Below are positions 34,779 through 46,140 of a stretch of 64,000 nucleotides of DNA, piece after piece. The notes beneath the pieces are model-generated. The model saw only the letters and a list, made by a program, of their open reading frames with translations. It was not told the DNA's origin and made no database searches. Position 1 is the first letter of the stretch; every line of letters starts with the position of its first letter. A program made the translations under genes and the position numbers. The DNA comes from Giardia intestinalis (taxonomy: Eukaryota): NCBI GenBank assembly GCA_000002435.2, contig CM018789.1; one strand, 5' to 3'.

Positions 34779-37700
34779 ATGTTTAATGAAATTCTCACCA
34801 GAATACTGACCAAGTATATAAACAAGTATGTGTACGAGCTGAACTCCGCCAGCATGCGCAGCAGCCTTCTTCGCGGGATTGTTGAGCTGAGCAATCTCTT
34901 CATCAGACCAGAGGCACTGGATATGCTTCAAGGAGTTCGATTGGCGTTCGGATACGTTGAACATATGTCCTTGCGGATCCCGTGGCAAAGCTTCTGGAAG
35001 GAGAATATTTCCATAAAGGTATCAACAGTTTATGTGGTGGTTTACGGCTGCAGCCCTGACCTGACAGAGGATGCTATCAGGCAACAAGTACTCAGCAACT
35101 TCAAGAACAAGTTGAAATCGTTGATTCGAATGGAACAGCGTATTCTAGAACAGAACAAAGAGCAAATCATGCTGGAGGTAGGTACTACGGCTAAGACAGG
35201 GTCGCAGAAAACAGGAAAAATGAAACGGTGGATACTGTGGCTGCAAAACCTTGCCATAAACAACATCTCTCTAGCTATTAACAATGTAGCCATCTTGTGG
35301 TCGGCCCCTGAGTTAGGGGGAGTGTCTGGAGCGCTGTGTCTTCAGAGTATGCTCATAGCCACTGCAGATAATTCTGTTATAGACAAGTCAGGGTTGAAAG
35401 AAAAGGATTGTATTCTTAAAGATCTGGCTTTTCGCTATTATCTCGTCAGTGCGGATGAGCACCCTGATCACAACTATAACAGTCTCGCTGAATGTGAAAG
35501 GGGGCTCTCATTTTGGCGTCCTCTATTCGAAGGCCCAGCCTATATAACAGTGGTTGATCCTCTTCAGGTTACCACTAGAATACAGCTGTGCCGTAACTTT
35601 GCTCATGAAAACAAACCATTTGTCACCATCCAGTTGCAGATTCCTAACCTCTGCGGCTGCACAGATCTACAGACCATATTATCACTTATAGAATCTTTGA
35701 ACAAGAGCATGGCCGCTGGCGAGTTTGCGTTTGCGCTAACAAGTAATGAGATAACGCATCTAGGTAAGAATAGTTCGCCAGATGATGCAATAAGATGCCT
35801 GGGAAAAGTGTTAATTCGTAGCCAAGCCATAAGCAAGATAGAGGCATTGGTGTCAACTGAAAGTGGGGGACGATTGTCCTCATTGAAAGACCAACTGCAT
35901 AGAACCTTTAAAAAGCACTATCTTTCGCATCTACGATGCAAGTACATCATGCCGCTATTGCCCAAGTATGGTGATGCACCTGCCGTAAGTACATTCAATG
36001 ACGAGTATCTAAACGCAGTGCAGGACGTTATCGGTTATGCAGGTCACTCCGCTCAAACGCTTGCCGAGCTCACGGCATCTATCCCTACGCCTGTCATAGC
36101 TAAACTGCAACAAGAGTGTTTCTCAGCATTTCTTCACAATTTGCCAGAGAACATAGAGCAGTCGAAACGTGAAGCTTTGACAAAGGAATCGGAAACCAAT
36201 GAAGACAGTACACCAACAAGGCTGAGCAAGAAAGATTTAGCTGAACTTCAGAAATTGGCAGGTGTGCCATCTAAATTAGACATTAGTGACATGGGGAACA
36301 GCTCAGATTCCGGAGAAGAAAGATTGGAACTCGTTAAAATTGTTGCATACCTAAAGGGAGTAGACATCAGTGTTTGCGAAAAGATTGCTGACTGCTCCAT
36401 TGGTTCCACATCTGCCAAACTATTAAGGTTATCTCTACAGACAATCAGTTGTGCGTTTAGTCTTTTTAAGTCGACAGACTTTACATTCTTATGCGAGCTG
36501 AGCCGCATTCGAGGAGAATGCGCAGCAGTAAAAGAACCGGTGTTAACTACACTCAGCGAGTCTTCTGCCTTTTCTATAGAAATCTGCAGCCCTGGTCGCT
36601 TAGGAGGATCCATGTGCATTAAGAGTCTACTTGTGCCTATTCAGGTGATGTGCGTTCCCAGCCTGCTACCATTTGTAGTCAACTTGATGACCGTGTTACA
36701 AAACACGTTCTCTAATAATGTCAAAGTGCCTATACAAAAGGCTTCGTCACTGGATCTAGTTACGCTTTATAATGAGATTGACAAGGGCATCACCACTTTT
36801 CTTCAAGAACGTGCCGCTACCCTTGAGCTAGACCTTGAGCTGGGCGCCCCAGTGGTCACAATCTCCGCTCCAACAATAACTTCGCTTAGCTGCTCACTCG
36901 GTCAAGTGTCCATTAAATCCTTGCATTTTCTGTCAGAGATAGACCATCCCAAACTGACACCCAAACCCCAAACACTGGTACTATTTGTGAAGCTAAGTGA
37001 TACAGCCATCAGCATGAAGAGTAATACCAAAGATGGCTCAATTGATGGGGGGACTATAGAGACACATGTGGAGGAAGAGACTATTGTAAGGCCGTGCTCA
37101 GTAAGCATCTACTTACAGATTCCCTTGGTAACTGGTCCAATGATCGCTGATGTATCTCAAAGTCTATTCGATATTGTGCTCACAACAGCCAGTATCCAAT
37201 CGCTGATGCTCTTATGCAGTAGATATGCTTATGAGTTGCTTCACATACCGATCCACAGACAAAACGCAATGAACGCAGTAGCGCCGTCATTGCACCAAGA
37301 TCACCAAGGTACCTCAGTACAACAAAAACCTGATACGGAAGATAGACTAGAGCAAACGATGCTGCTACTGCGAAAGAACACAGCCACAGTTATTATTACT
37401 GTAACTTTAGAAGGGGCAAAGCTGGCCATAGGAGACGCAAAAGAAGTTGAGGCTTATGTCGGACAAGGATATCTTGAAGTGTATGTTATGACAGCGCAGA
37501 ATAAAACCAGTTATGCCAAGTTCAAAATGAGCATGCTCGACTTCTTTGTTTGCGGTACTCCGGTAGCCTATCTAACAAGCGAAACAGAGGACTACGAGGA
37601 CGACAAAATAGCCTCGGGATCATGGTCAATAGATAAAGGAATCACCCTAAAGCTCGCGATTGGCATGTTGCACATTATTGCAGATGTAATACTCTTCATC

Positions 37701-40700
37701 AGACTAACTTCTGTGTTAGAGAAACTCTTGCAGTCTTACACTGATGCAGGACTAGCCTTGCTATGGAGCCAGATATCTCATAAGTTTTCTTCTTCGCAAG
37801 CCCCATCTCGGCCGTCACTGCAAGAGCGCAACGAAAGTACCATCGCTCTACTTGTAGATTTTGCTGGATTGGAGATTCATCTACTGAGCACTCCCTATCT
37901 ACTCCCAATTTCATCTGACTTAGAACTGGCCTTAGATTTAAACATGGACACTGCTCTTATCTGTACTGCTAGACTGAAGTCTGTATACTTTAACATAGTA
38001 CTTGATTCCACCGATGTATTCATTAACTGGTCTTTCCATGAGTGCGTCATTGAAGGCTCGGAATCAGAGCCAGCTAGAGTCACCATGCTGCAGTTCATAA
38101 CACCGGTTACATCAGAGGTCTGCGCAATAGGATGCGTTCACCTTTATAGCTGTGTATCCTACGATCCAAATCTGCTTCTCCACGCCCAGATAACTAGTGA
38201 TATTTTAATTACTATCAATGGGCGCTTGGTGCAATATCTGTTGCATAGTGGAGGTCTTCTAGTAGATTGCCTACTCCGGATTAAGGAGTTACTGGGGGGT
38301 GATCTCAAGGTTCAGTCAGCGGGGAATACCACAGCCAAGAGTCCATCCCGCATTTCCTGTAACATCTTCTCTCCCTCATTCGAGATAAGTATCCCGGTTC
38401 AGGCTGACTATCCCAGCCCGCAATTCTCTTTACATCTAATCAACTTTGAAATGTCCACAGACCAAGCACCAGGATCCCCTACCATTAGCCTATATGGATG
38501 CCTTGAACAACTGCTCTTTGAGTTTGTGGACACAATAGAGGGACATGGATGCGCTCACCGTACAATTTGCGCATACGACAGGTTAGAAATTTTGATCGAA
38601 AGAACGCATAGAGTGTACCGTCAAGAAAGACGTGATATCTCTGACAGTCCGCAAGAGTGTATCCTTTTAGCGCACCAGCTCATTGCCATTGGCCTACCAG
38701 AGGTCATCTGCGTATGTCTTACTCCACAAATGCTTCACGCAGCAATGGAGTTGATTGGTGCAGATAGAAATCTAGGGTTTAGCATTGTGGACGATGCCGA
38801 CGAATCAAAGTTGCGAAGCATCAAGCAGACTATAGACGCCCGCGTAGAAGATGGTCAAGCGCAAGATGGTATTAGTGGTTCAGTAGACACAATAAGGAGC
38901 ATAAATAGATTGCTAGCACACGACTTCAAAGGGTTTTTAGGACAAGATATAATGTCTACCCGTGCACAATTAAAGCTTGATGATTCCTTTATAGATATGA
39001 TTGAACAGGAATATATTAATGCTTCTAGTACAGTAGACGAGGAACATGCACAGTTGGATCACTTGAACCAATTCTGTCCACCAGTAGTCAATACCTTTAA
39101 AATGTCATTGTGCACCTTGCATGTGAAGTTATTGGACAGGACAGGGACCTTGATTGATTGTAAGCTAAACAAAAGCAATATAACACTGGAGCGGACAGCC
39201 GATCTACAGGCGAGTGGATTTATAGAATCGCTAACCCTGAAGGCCACAGAATCTTTATTTCCTCTCTTCAGCATTACTCAAGTGACGTTCCAATATAAGC
39301 ACGACTCCATTCATAGGCAAGCGACATTGCTGCTAGCACAGAAAGCAAACCTCACGGTAGTTGTGGATCACATAGCTATTAGCATGGTCTTCTCTCTATT
39401 GGAGTTGGTGCATACGCCATCAGCAGCATACATCTTGGCCCGTCAGGCAAAGCAAGAACTGGTTAGCTCCATCAATGAAAAGGTTTCCGTTCTTCAAGAA
39501 AGAACTACGTCACAGATGAACAAAAGAAATGTCTCTCACGCTCTACTCTCTGCTCTCCACGTCTCTCAAACGAAGAAAACCGTAACAACAGATAAGCCTA
39601 CAATGGAGATAAGACTTTCTCTGCTCACAGTCAAATTTGTAATTATTGTGTCCGTAAACGGGCCAAAAGAAGGAAGCAAACTAGAATCTCTTGAACATGT
39701 AGCGCTTCATGCAGATATAAGTATTGTCACAAGCACATCTTTCAGACAAAAGTACATTATCAGTGAAGCCGAGTGTCGAGTGCAGGATTTCTTTAAGCAC
39801 ACCGAACTATGTGTTGCCCTAAACTTAGATAAGTGCAGAATAACTTCATGTCTGGCTGGGTGGGAGACCGGAGCTGAGAGCATGCAGTTAAATAACATTA
39901 TATTAGTGCCAAAACTGTCGTGCACCTTTACCGCAGTTTCTACAGATATGCAGGGGAGTTATACGGAGGATAACAGACAAAAGGATATTGTTTTGAACAA
40001 GCAGTCTTCCTCAATGGATGTGACAATCGAAAAACAAGCCGAAATAACTATCTCATCCAGGCTCCTCTGTGTGTATCTCCTTGCCAAAGAACGACTTCTC
40101 GGGGCTATTCCAAACAAAATAATTAAAGAAACCAAGCAGATTGCAAAAGAAAAGTTAGAAAAAATAAAATCCAAATCGATTGAATTTTTGAAAGGAGCCT
40201 CCGATTTCCAGGCAGAAAAAGTGGGTAATGCCTTGGTAGATGCCTTTCCTACTGCCGTGCTCAATGCTACTCCTATTATGGTCAGCGGTTTTCATTTTCC
40301 TGTCTACACCATATCAAGCAAGACAAAGGTTGAACTATCTTTCAAAAACCATCCGTTGTTAGTATCACTTACCTCTTCACAAAACATGTGGCCTCTTTTT
40401 ATTGTTGGATGCAATGACATTCGATGCATATATGAAAACGTGCCGGAAGCAGACCCCAATGTGCCTCATCAAACGCTAGCTCTGACAGCATTGTTGTATG
40501 CAAAGTCTTACAACGAAGCACTGAAGTCGTATGACGCCCTGCTATGCTCGACTCCGATAGCGCTCAGCTATAAACTGCAATCAAGATCACTTGCCTCAAC
40601 TGTTGCTGCTAACGAAGCACCAGTGGACACGCTGTCTATGCACAGCACATACAAAACCATATCTGCAGAAATCTCTATCTCTTTTAGTGTCCAATCCGAA

Positions 40701-43700
40701 CTCCTTGTACTTCTCACCCCAACGGCACTGCTTGCTATGATGCATTTCATTGGCACTTTTTCTATGCCAGCTTCTAAATCACTGAAAGCGAATAATGCAC
40801 AGAAAAATACAAACCTAATATTAGAGCGTCAATTTGGCGAAGATGAAACAACAGACCAGTCTCTTATCTCATCTATCTCTGCCGCCTCTCCTCAGTCAGC
40901 AGAGTCTGAAGGACAGCAAGTAATAGAATTCTATCCTAGCGGTATTGTCCAAGTGGTTAAAGTATATAGTGGCTCGTCAGAATGCAGCGCCCACTCAGCG
41001 CTGGGAGGAGCCCTTGTTTTTTACGTATCCTTAAGCAAAGTAGAAGACGCAAGCATGTGGGTTGAATTGCTAAGTGAAGGCGTAATAAAAACAATTCAGC
41101 TTCCTCTGTGCATTCTTCTATTTCACGAACAGTATAATATTGACGAAAGTTGGGGATTTGTGTTTATCAACCAGAGCTCCAGGGTTGAGGTGCACTGTCT
41201 CTCCACCTGTATTCTATTGAATTACACTACACGCGATTATTCTTTTATAGCGGAAGCTCCCATGAGTAGCTCAATCAGATCAACCGATCAGCTGAACAGC
41301 TCCACGGAAACCATGAGCACTATGCTGTCGAGTATGCCAAGTACTCACTCGACAACCGTGTGTACTAGCGTAGAGTGTAACGGCCATGATAGACCTCAGC
41401 TGTCAGGGACCCTGGGCAAGAGTTCATACGTTTCTGTCCCCACAACAGTAGTATCTCTTCAGATTTCCTACAAGAACAACAGTCCCTTGGAACTGCTCTA
41501 CTATTTGCATCACCCAGCAACAAATCCACTGGAAACATTCATAACAGAGAAGGGATATGAATACCTGAAGTTTGTGGTTTTCACAGTACATCTATTCGGC
41601 CGTCCTACGCAAGTTATTCAATTAGTTCCAACGCACTTCATCACAAATGGAATGCCATGTATAGCAAACTTGAAGTTAAGCTATATGCGGGCAAGAGATA
41701 GTAACTCCGAGCCGGAGACAGGAGAACAGACGGCTGCTCTTGCTCCAGTAGAAATCTTTACGCTGAATACATCGCTTAAAGATAAGATTCAGTTAGCATC
41801 ACTTTCAGTTGAGTTGCAGTATGGCGTTGAATCTTATAAGTATATCCTCAAATCCACATATAGCCTAACCTACAATGAAGACTCTATGCCAGCACAACCC
41901 GTAGCTTTGGACCTAGTGCCGGCGCGTCAAGACAGCACAGAAGTGTACCACTGCAATGTTAGCATAAAGAAACAGACCATGAAGAAGACCACCAGAGTAG
42001 ACATATCGCTGCTCAAGGGGCTATATGCTCCCTCAGCTGTCGAAATAAATATCTATGCGACTGCCCTGTTACAAAACAATACCGCACCGGAGCTTTCGTT
42101 TTGCATTTTCCGCCTGGATAGCAAGTACGATAAAAGGACTCAGATTACTAGCTTAGTGAAGTATGAGGAGGCATCTATCATATGGGGCAAGTATTCTGAT
42201 TCAATAAAGCTGAGTGTATCTGTGTTGCCAATCATGCAGAGCGGCAGTCCCATTCAATATCACAAGTCAGACAGCTTTCGGCTGTCAACAGTTGCAGGAT
42301 ATCGCTTGCATCGCATGCACACTAAGACAGAAAGGAAGAAAGTGACACTATTTGTATGTTCGATAAGCAAGCAGCTAAAGGGCTCACCATCAATGATATA
42401 TACATTGCAGGCAGCAATGAAGGTGAACAATTGGATGCCGAGGCCGATCAATGTGCTTATAACTCCCTGGGATCATAAAGATAAGACTGCACAAAAGGTA
42501 GTATGTGCCAATTCAAATGCTAGTGTTTCAGTATTTGAGTTGCCTGGCATCAAAGAAAGATTGGTAGACTATGCTATCAGGTTTCCAGAGGACCAAAAGG
42601 ACCTTCTTAAACGGCTTAAAATAGGATACTCCAAGGAGCTACTTCATATAGATTCTTCCTTGGCAGTTGTGGAGGTCCATTGCACAGAATACAAACTTGA
42701 TATTACAGTTCGGCCCCCCACAACAATTGACGATGTTCAGCTAAAAGTATATAACTCCTTAAATCTAGACTTATATTGCTCTTACAAGCATAGCTCACAG
42801 CGCACGAAGTATACCGTTGCATCTAAGAGCACAGCGACACTCTACTTCCTACTTTCTGACTTAGACTTCTATCATCAAAAGTCAAACGGAGTCTTTTCTC
42901 AAATATTCTGCATTAAGATGGCACCACTTAGCACAGATGTGGAGTTTTACGACCCACGGTCAAAGAAAAAATGCCACGCAAAGCTGCTCATTGGAGAGGG
43001 TGCTATCCACTGTAAAATCTTTTCAGATAATGAGACCTTACCAGAGCCAGCTATAGGCCATTATGATGTTAACCAGAGAGTGCTTATTAATGCAAATCTA
43101 GAAACGAAAAAGATAAGGGTTCTTTTGGTGGGGCCAGATGATAGTGATTTTTCCCGCAGAAGAGAATATGTCTCTCTCAGTACAGCATTTGTAGATATTG
43201 TTTGTTTGGTGAGCGCACAATACTACTTAGTAAGTGCGCAGGTGGGGCAAGTGTCCCTTGAAAATATCTTAGGGTTGACCAATCAGCCGAGAATATTGCA
43301 CCTAAAGCCTGTTAAGCCCACTAAAGGACCATATCAAAAGAGGTCTGCGCAAAAGTTATCGTTAATAAAAAACCCGGAGACACCTGCTATCATGGCTATG
43401 GCCTCTTTATCTACGAACCTTTCTATTTTAGACGTAGATCGCTTCAAAATCAAGATGGGTAAGCTGAACATCCACATTGATCAATCGACCATAGATGTCA
43501 TCCTCCGGTTTCTTCGGATAAATGCGCTGCTTTCAATATCCTTTCAGATTGAGTCTACGGAGTGCCAGTCACTACAAGCTGAAATACATTATCTTCTATC
43601 CCACATGAGCAGAGAGGACAGCAGATACTATGCACTATTGCGCAAGTTATGCAATTCTGTATTTAATGCTACAACCCAAGCAGAAGCATGCGAAAATAGC

Positions 43701-44603
43701 AAAACGGCTTCACGAGTGGTTTGTATAAGGGAGTTAGAAATAGCGGCAGTAAGAATCAGCGCGACAATATCCATTACTAATTTTCCACTCCAGCTCAGTC
43801 CTGTAATATCCATTCTCAACCAAGTCGGAATAATATCGTTCAGCATAGAAGATGCGCGAATACGCATGGGCGCATTCAGACTGAAAAATCGTCTATTAAC
43901 ATTCCAAGAGCTGACGCGACATCTTTGTAGAAGCTACATTAAGGCCATTAGCATGAACGCAGGAAATCTTCTTGTCGCGACTCCAATACTGGGGAACTTA
44001 AGCTCCCTTGCAACTCATTTCACTGAAAGCTTTGGCGCCCCTAAGAACGAGGGAGTCACTCGTATTGAAAACTTTGTTAGTCACAACACGGCAGGCGTAA
44101 TGAGTGTGGCCCGTGCTCTCCTTGAAAGCACGGGAAAGCTGCTCGATGCAGCGAGCATGGATGGCAAGTACTCTGCTCAACGGGCCATCGTATTATATGA
44201 ATCCCAAAAGAGTCTCAAAACGGCCTGGAAGAATGCAGGAAATGAGTTCTGGCGAGAATTAAAGAGTGCCCTTGCTGGACTGATCTCCAAACCACGCAAG
44301 GGTCTTGCTGCCAAGGGTGTAAAGGGCTTTTTCCGCGGTCTGGGTCAAGGGCTCGTTGGATCCATCACCAAATCTCTTGGAAGCATCAATGATGCTATTC
44401 TGCATGTTATTGTAGGGATAAATGGCAGCGCCTTACGCATCTGTAGGCCCGTGATGGATCAGGGTCGCTCTCGCACATTTATTGGTCCACTAGTAGAGCA
44501 GGAGATTAGAAATCAGAAGATGTCGGAGGAATCGGCAGTTTCCAGAGAATCTACAGAGTCCGATTCTGGCGACCAAGAGCCTATAAATACATACACAGAG
44601 TAG
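34779..44603 (+). CDS. VPS13: VPS13-like bridge-type lipid-transfer protein (3274 aa)
   Basis: The N-terminus is chorein-type: MFNEILTRILTKYINKYVYELNSASMRSSLLRGIVELSNLFIRPEALD...LRIPWQSFWKENISIKVSTVYVVV (compare yeast [22 protein letters not shown]...GDVKLKNLKLRKDCLD). The giant size fits, as does the VPS13-like C-terminal region (LLVATPILGNLSSLATHFTESFGAP...GVMSVARALLESTGKLLDAASMDGKY). Confidence 0.8.
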   Translation: MFNEILTRILTKYINKYVYELNSASMRSSLLRGIVELSNLFIRPEALDMLQGVRLAFGYVEHMSLRIPWQSFWKENISIKVSTVYVVVYGCSPDLTEDAIRQQVLSNFKNKLKSLIRMEQRILEQNKEQIMLEVGTTAKTGSQKTGKMKRWILWLQNLAINNISLAINNVAILWSAPELGGVSGALCLQSMLIATADNSVIDKSGLKEKDCILKDLAFRYYLVSADEHPDHNYNSLAECERGLSFWRPLFEGPAYITVVDPLQVTTRIQLCRNFAHENKPFVTIQLQIPNLCGCTDLQTILSLIESLNKSMAAGEFAFALTSNEITHLGKNSSPDDAIRCLGKVLIRSQAISKIEALVSTESGGRLSSLKDQLHRTFKKHYLSHLRCKYIMPLLPKYGDAPAVSTFNDEYLNAVQDVIGYAGHSAQTLAELTASIPTPVIAKLQQECFSAFLHNLPENIEQSKREALTKESETNEDSTPTRLSKKDLAELQKLAGVPSKLDISDMGNSSDSGEERLELVKIVAYLKGVDISVCEKIADCSIGSTSAKLLRLSLQTISCAFSLFKSTDFTFLCELSRIRGECAAVKEPVLTTLSESSAFSIEICSPGRLGGSMCIKSLLVPIQVMCVPSLLPFVVNLMTVLQNTFSNNVKVPIQKASSLDLVTLYNEIDKGITTFLQERAATLELDLELGAPVVTISAPTITSLSCSLGQVSIKSLHFLSEIDHPKLTPKPQTLVLFVKLSDTAISMKSNTKDGSIDGGTIETHVEEETIVRPCSVSIYLQIPLVTGPMIADVSQSLFDIVLTTASIQSLMLLCSRYAYELLHIPIHRQNAMNAVAPSLHQDHQGTSVQQKPDTEDRLEQTMLLLRKNTATVIITVTLEGAKLAIGDAKEVEAYVGQGYLEVYVMTAQNKTSYAKFKMSMLDFFVCGTPVAYLTSETEDYEDDKIASGSWSIDKGITLKLAIGMLHIIADVILFIRLTSVLEKLLQSYTDAGLALLWSQISHKFSSSQAPSRPSLQERNESTIALLVDFAGLEIHLLSTPYLLPISSDLELALDLNMDTALICTARLKSVYFNIVLDSTDVFINWSFHECVIEGSESEPARVTMLQFITPVTSEVCAIGCVHLYSCVSYDPNLLLHAQITSDILITINGRLVQYLLHSGGLLVDCLLRIKELLGGDLKVQSAGNTTAKSPSRISCNIFSPSFEISIPVQADYPSPQFSLHLINFEMSTDQAPGSPTISLYGCLEQLLFEFVDTIEGHGCAHRTICAYDRLEILIERTHRVYRQERRDISDSPQECILLAHQLIAIGLPEVICVCLTPQMLHAAMELIGADRNLGFSIVDDADESKLRSIKQTIDARVEDGQAQDGISGSVDTIRSINRLLAHDFKGFLGQDIMSTRAQLKLDDSFIDMIEQEYINASSTVDEEHAQLDHLNQFCPPVVNTFKMSLCTLHVKLLDRTGTLIDCKLNKSNITLERTADLQASGFIESLTLKATESLFPLFSITQVTFQYKHDSIHRQATLLLAQKANLTVVVDHIAISMVFSLLELVHTPSAAYILARQAKQELVSSINEKVSVLQERTTSQMNKRNVSHALLSALHVSQTKKTVTTDKPTMEIRLSLLTVKFVIIVSVNGPKEGSKLESLEHVALHADISIVTSTSFRQKYIISEAECRVQDFFKHTELCVALNLDKCRITSCLAGWETGAESMQLNNIILVPKLSCTFTAVSTDMQGSYTEDNRQKDIVLNKQSSSMDVTIEKQAEITISSRLLCVYLLAKERLLGAIPNKIIKETKQIAKEKLEKIKSKSIEFLKGASDFQAEKVGNALVDAFPTAVLNATPIMVSGFHFPVYTISSKTKVELSFKNHPLLVSLTSSQNMWPLFIVGCNDIRCIYENVPEADPNVPHQTLALTALLYAKSYNEALKSYDALLCSTPIALSYKLQSRSLASTVAANEAPVDTLSMHSTYKTISAEISISFSVQSELLVLLTPTALLAMMHFIGTFSMPASKSLKANNAQKNTNLILERQFGEDETTDQSLISSISAASPQSAESEGQQVIEFYPSGIVQVVKVYSGSSECSAHSALGGALVFYVSLSKVEDASMWVELLSEGVIKTIQLPLCILLFHEQYNIDESWGFVFINQSSRVEVHCLSTCILLNYTTRDYSFIAEAPMSSSIRSTDQLNSSTETMSTMLSSMPSTHSTTVCTSVECNGHDRPQLSGTLGKSSYVSVPTTVVSLQISYKNNSPLELLYYLHHPATNPLETFITEKGYEYLKFVVFTVHLFGRPTQVIQLVPTHFITNGMPCIANLKLSYMRARDSNSEPETGEQTAALAPVEIFTLNTSLKDKIQLASLSVELQYGVESYKYILKSTYSLTYNEDSMPAQPVALDLVPARQDSTEVYHCNVSIKKQTMKKTTRVDISLLKGLYAPSAVEINIYATALLQNNTAPELSFCIFRLDSKYDKRTQITSLVKYEEASIIWGKYSDSIKLSVSVLPIMQSGSPIQYHKSDSFRLSTVAGYRLHRMHTKTERKKVTLFVCSISKQLKGSPSMIYTLQAAMKVNNWMPRPINVLITPWDHKDKTAQKVVCANSNASVSVFELPGIKERLVDYAIRFPEDQKDLLKRLKIGYSKELLHIDSSLAVVEVHCTEYKLDITVRPPTTIDDVQLKVYNSLNLDLYCSYKHSSQRTKYTVASKSTATLYFLLSDLDFYHQKSNGVFSQIFCIKMAPLSTDVEFYDPRSKKKCHAKLLIGEGAIHCKIFSDNETLPEPAIGHYDVNQRVLINANLETKKIRVLLVGPDDSDFSRRREYVSLSTAFVDIVCLVSAQYYLVSAQVGQVSLENILGLTNQPRILHLKPVKPTKGPYQKRSAQKLSLIKNPETPAIMAMASLSTNLSILDVDRFKIKMGKLNIHIDQSTIDVILRFLRINALLSISFQIESTECQSLQAEIHYLLSHMSREDSRYYALLRKLCNSVFNATTQAEACENSKTASRVVCIRELEIAAVRISATISITNFPLQLSPVISILNQVGIISFSIEDARIRMGAFRLKNRLLTFQELTRHLCRSYIKAISMNAGNLLVATPILGNLSSLATHFTESFGAPKNEGVTRIENFVSHNTAGVMSVARALLESTGKLLDAASMDGKYSAQRAIVLYESQKSLKTAWKNAGNEFWRELKSALAGLISKPRKGLAAKGVKGFFRGLGQGLVGSITKSLGSINDAILHVIVGINGSALRICRPVMDQGRSRTFIGPLVEQEIRNQKMSEESAVSRESTESDSGDQEPINTYTE

Positions 44604-44627
44604 TTTGAGTTACAGTCTTTATAAAAA

Positions 44628-45422
44628 ATGGTTGAAGGTTATCCTGTGTTCCTAACCGATACCTGTACAGGGTGCAACATGTGCGTAGAGGTGTGCCCGA
44701 CAGCAGTTCTGAAGGTGGACCCCGAGACAAAGGTAGTGGCGTACGCAAATCGCGATAATTGCATTTTTTGCGGGCATTGCGGGGCCATATGCCCAACCGA
44801 ATCGATAAGCATGTTTGGTATCACCCCAGAGAGCGAGGAGAATGCAATAAAGACAGATCCACCGGCAGTTCGTGCCGTCAAGATGGCTCGCACGTGTCGT
44901 AAGTACCACCCGGAACCTTTACCGAAGGAGGATCTGATGCAAGCGCTTTCCATAGCAAAATACTCGGCCTCTTCATCAAACATTCGTCCTTTGCACTTCA
45001 CGGTCCTGAGCAGAAGCCTAATGGACACCCTTAGCCTTTCGATAGCGAAGGAGGTTTCAAAGAATCCTAGATATTCCAAGGTTGCCGCATTGGTGGAAAA
45101 GGGTATTGATGTGGTTTTTCGTGGTGCCCCACATATGATACTGATGTCTGCACCTGCTGACAAGGCCGCAGTCGCAATGGCAGATGCGTCCATCGCTGGA
45201 CGGGACATTCAGCTTAACGCAGAATCTATGGGCCTGGGGATGTTTTGGTGTGGCTTCCTCTTAGCTGCTGTGGCTTCTTCTCAGGAACTGCATGACATTT
45301 GTGGTGTTCCAGAAGGCCACAAAATCCTTATGGCGATGGGGATTGGCCGCCCTAAGGTTAAGTTTGCCCGGCCAGCTCTTCGTCGAAACCTTGAGGAGGG
45401 TGTCGACATTACATTTAAGTAA
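44628..45422 (+). CDS. ferredoxin-domain / nitroreductase fusion protein (Fd-NR type)
   Basis: The N-terminus has 2x[4Fe-4S] motifs CTGCNMCVEVCP and CIFCGHCGAICP. It is followed by a nitroreductase-family fold (RTCRKYHPEPLPKEDLMQAL...SSSNIRPLHFTVL...GAPHMILMSAP...GMFWCGF). The 264-aa architecture matches the known Giardia nitroreductases. Confidence 0.85.
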   Translation: MVEGYPVFLTDTCTGCNMCVEVCPTAVLKVDPETKVVAYANRDNCIFCGHCGAICPTESISMFGITPESEENAIKTDPPAVRAVKMARTCRKYHPEPLPKEDLMQALSIAKYSASSSNIRPLHFTVLSRSLMDTLSLSIAKEVSKNPRYSKVAALVEKGIDVVFRGAPHMILMSAPADKAAVAMADASIAGRDIQLNAESMGLGMFWCGFLLAAVASSQELHDICGVPEGHKILMAMGIGRPKVKFARPALRRNLEEGVDITFK

Positions 45423-45474
45423 TTGGTGTTAATTGGTCAGGTACACAGGCAGAGTAAACAAAGAAAAGCTAAAA

Positions 45475-46140
45475 ATGCTTGCATTCAACGAAGTCAGTTA
45501 TCTGGAAAAGACGGAGGATATACGCGCTAACTCGTTTAGCTATCATAACAGGATGTCCAGGCACTCTAGAGATTCGGAGAGCCCCCTACCAATTATCCAG
45601 GAGCCTCCGCTCCCCAAGTGCTCGACGTCTGTTCTTCGCCGGATCACGCCTCCTATTACAGGAAACAGCTCGGGCTATGGATATCAAGCTGAAGATCAAC
45701 ACGGCGTTAGCTTTCTTTCGGTAGGGAGTAGAAACTTTTTAACAGAAGGCAAGCTACCACAGGACATTACAGATCTGTACAACTGCTATCGCCCCATTAT
45801 CATGCACACGTACATGACTGGAAGAGCATACGTCCCCTGTGAGCGTGTGCACAGCCCTTTAGTATCCTTACAAGACAGAGCAGGAGCACAGATGTTTCCG
45901 GAGAGGCACTTTTCAGGAACAGGAAATGCAGCAACACATTGGTATTCAAAGGAATGCGCAAAAACGGCAAAGCACGTATTGCGGCTTATGAACTTCGCAC
46001 GAATAGAAGAGCCTGAAAATTTGATCTGCCCTCAAAAATTAGGTGGGCTACAGTGTGCACTAAAGGCAGACAAAAGTAAGTTGGAGCATAGGCATAAATA
46101 TGTACGTCCCCGCACCAGTGCGAAAACGCCAGCTGACTAG
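45475..46140 (+). CDS. hypothetical protein (221 aa from ATG 45475)
   Basis: The ORF track starts at a non-ATG codon (45,433); the first ATG is at 45,475 (aaagctaaaaATG). No domain recognised. It overlaps the next ORF by 41 nt in another frame. Confidence 0.45.
   Translation: MLAFNEVSYLEKTEDIRANSFSYHNRMSRHSRDSESPLPIIQEPPLPKCSTSVLRRITPPITGNSSGYGYQAEDQHGVSFLSVGSRNFLTEGKLPQDITDLYNCYRPIIMHTYMTGRAYVPCERVHSPLVSLQDRAGAQMFPERHFSGTGNAATHWYSKECAKTAKHVLRLMNFARIEEPENLICPQKLGGLQCALKADKSKLEHRHKYVRPRTSAKTPAD

Noticed and set aside
44639-45208. A 189-aa minus-strand ORF overlaps the Fd-NR gene.
   Set aside because: It is antisense to a gene with unmistakable ferredoxin and nitroreductase motifs, and nothing in its translation is recognisable.
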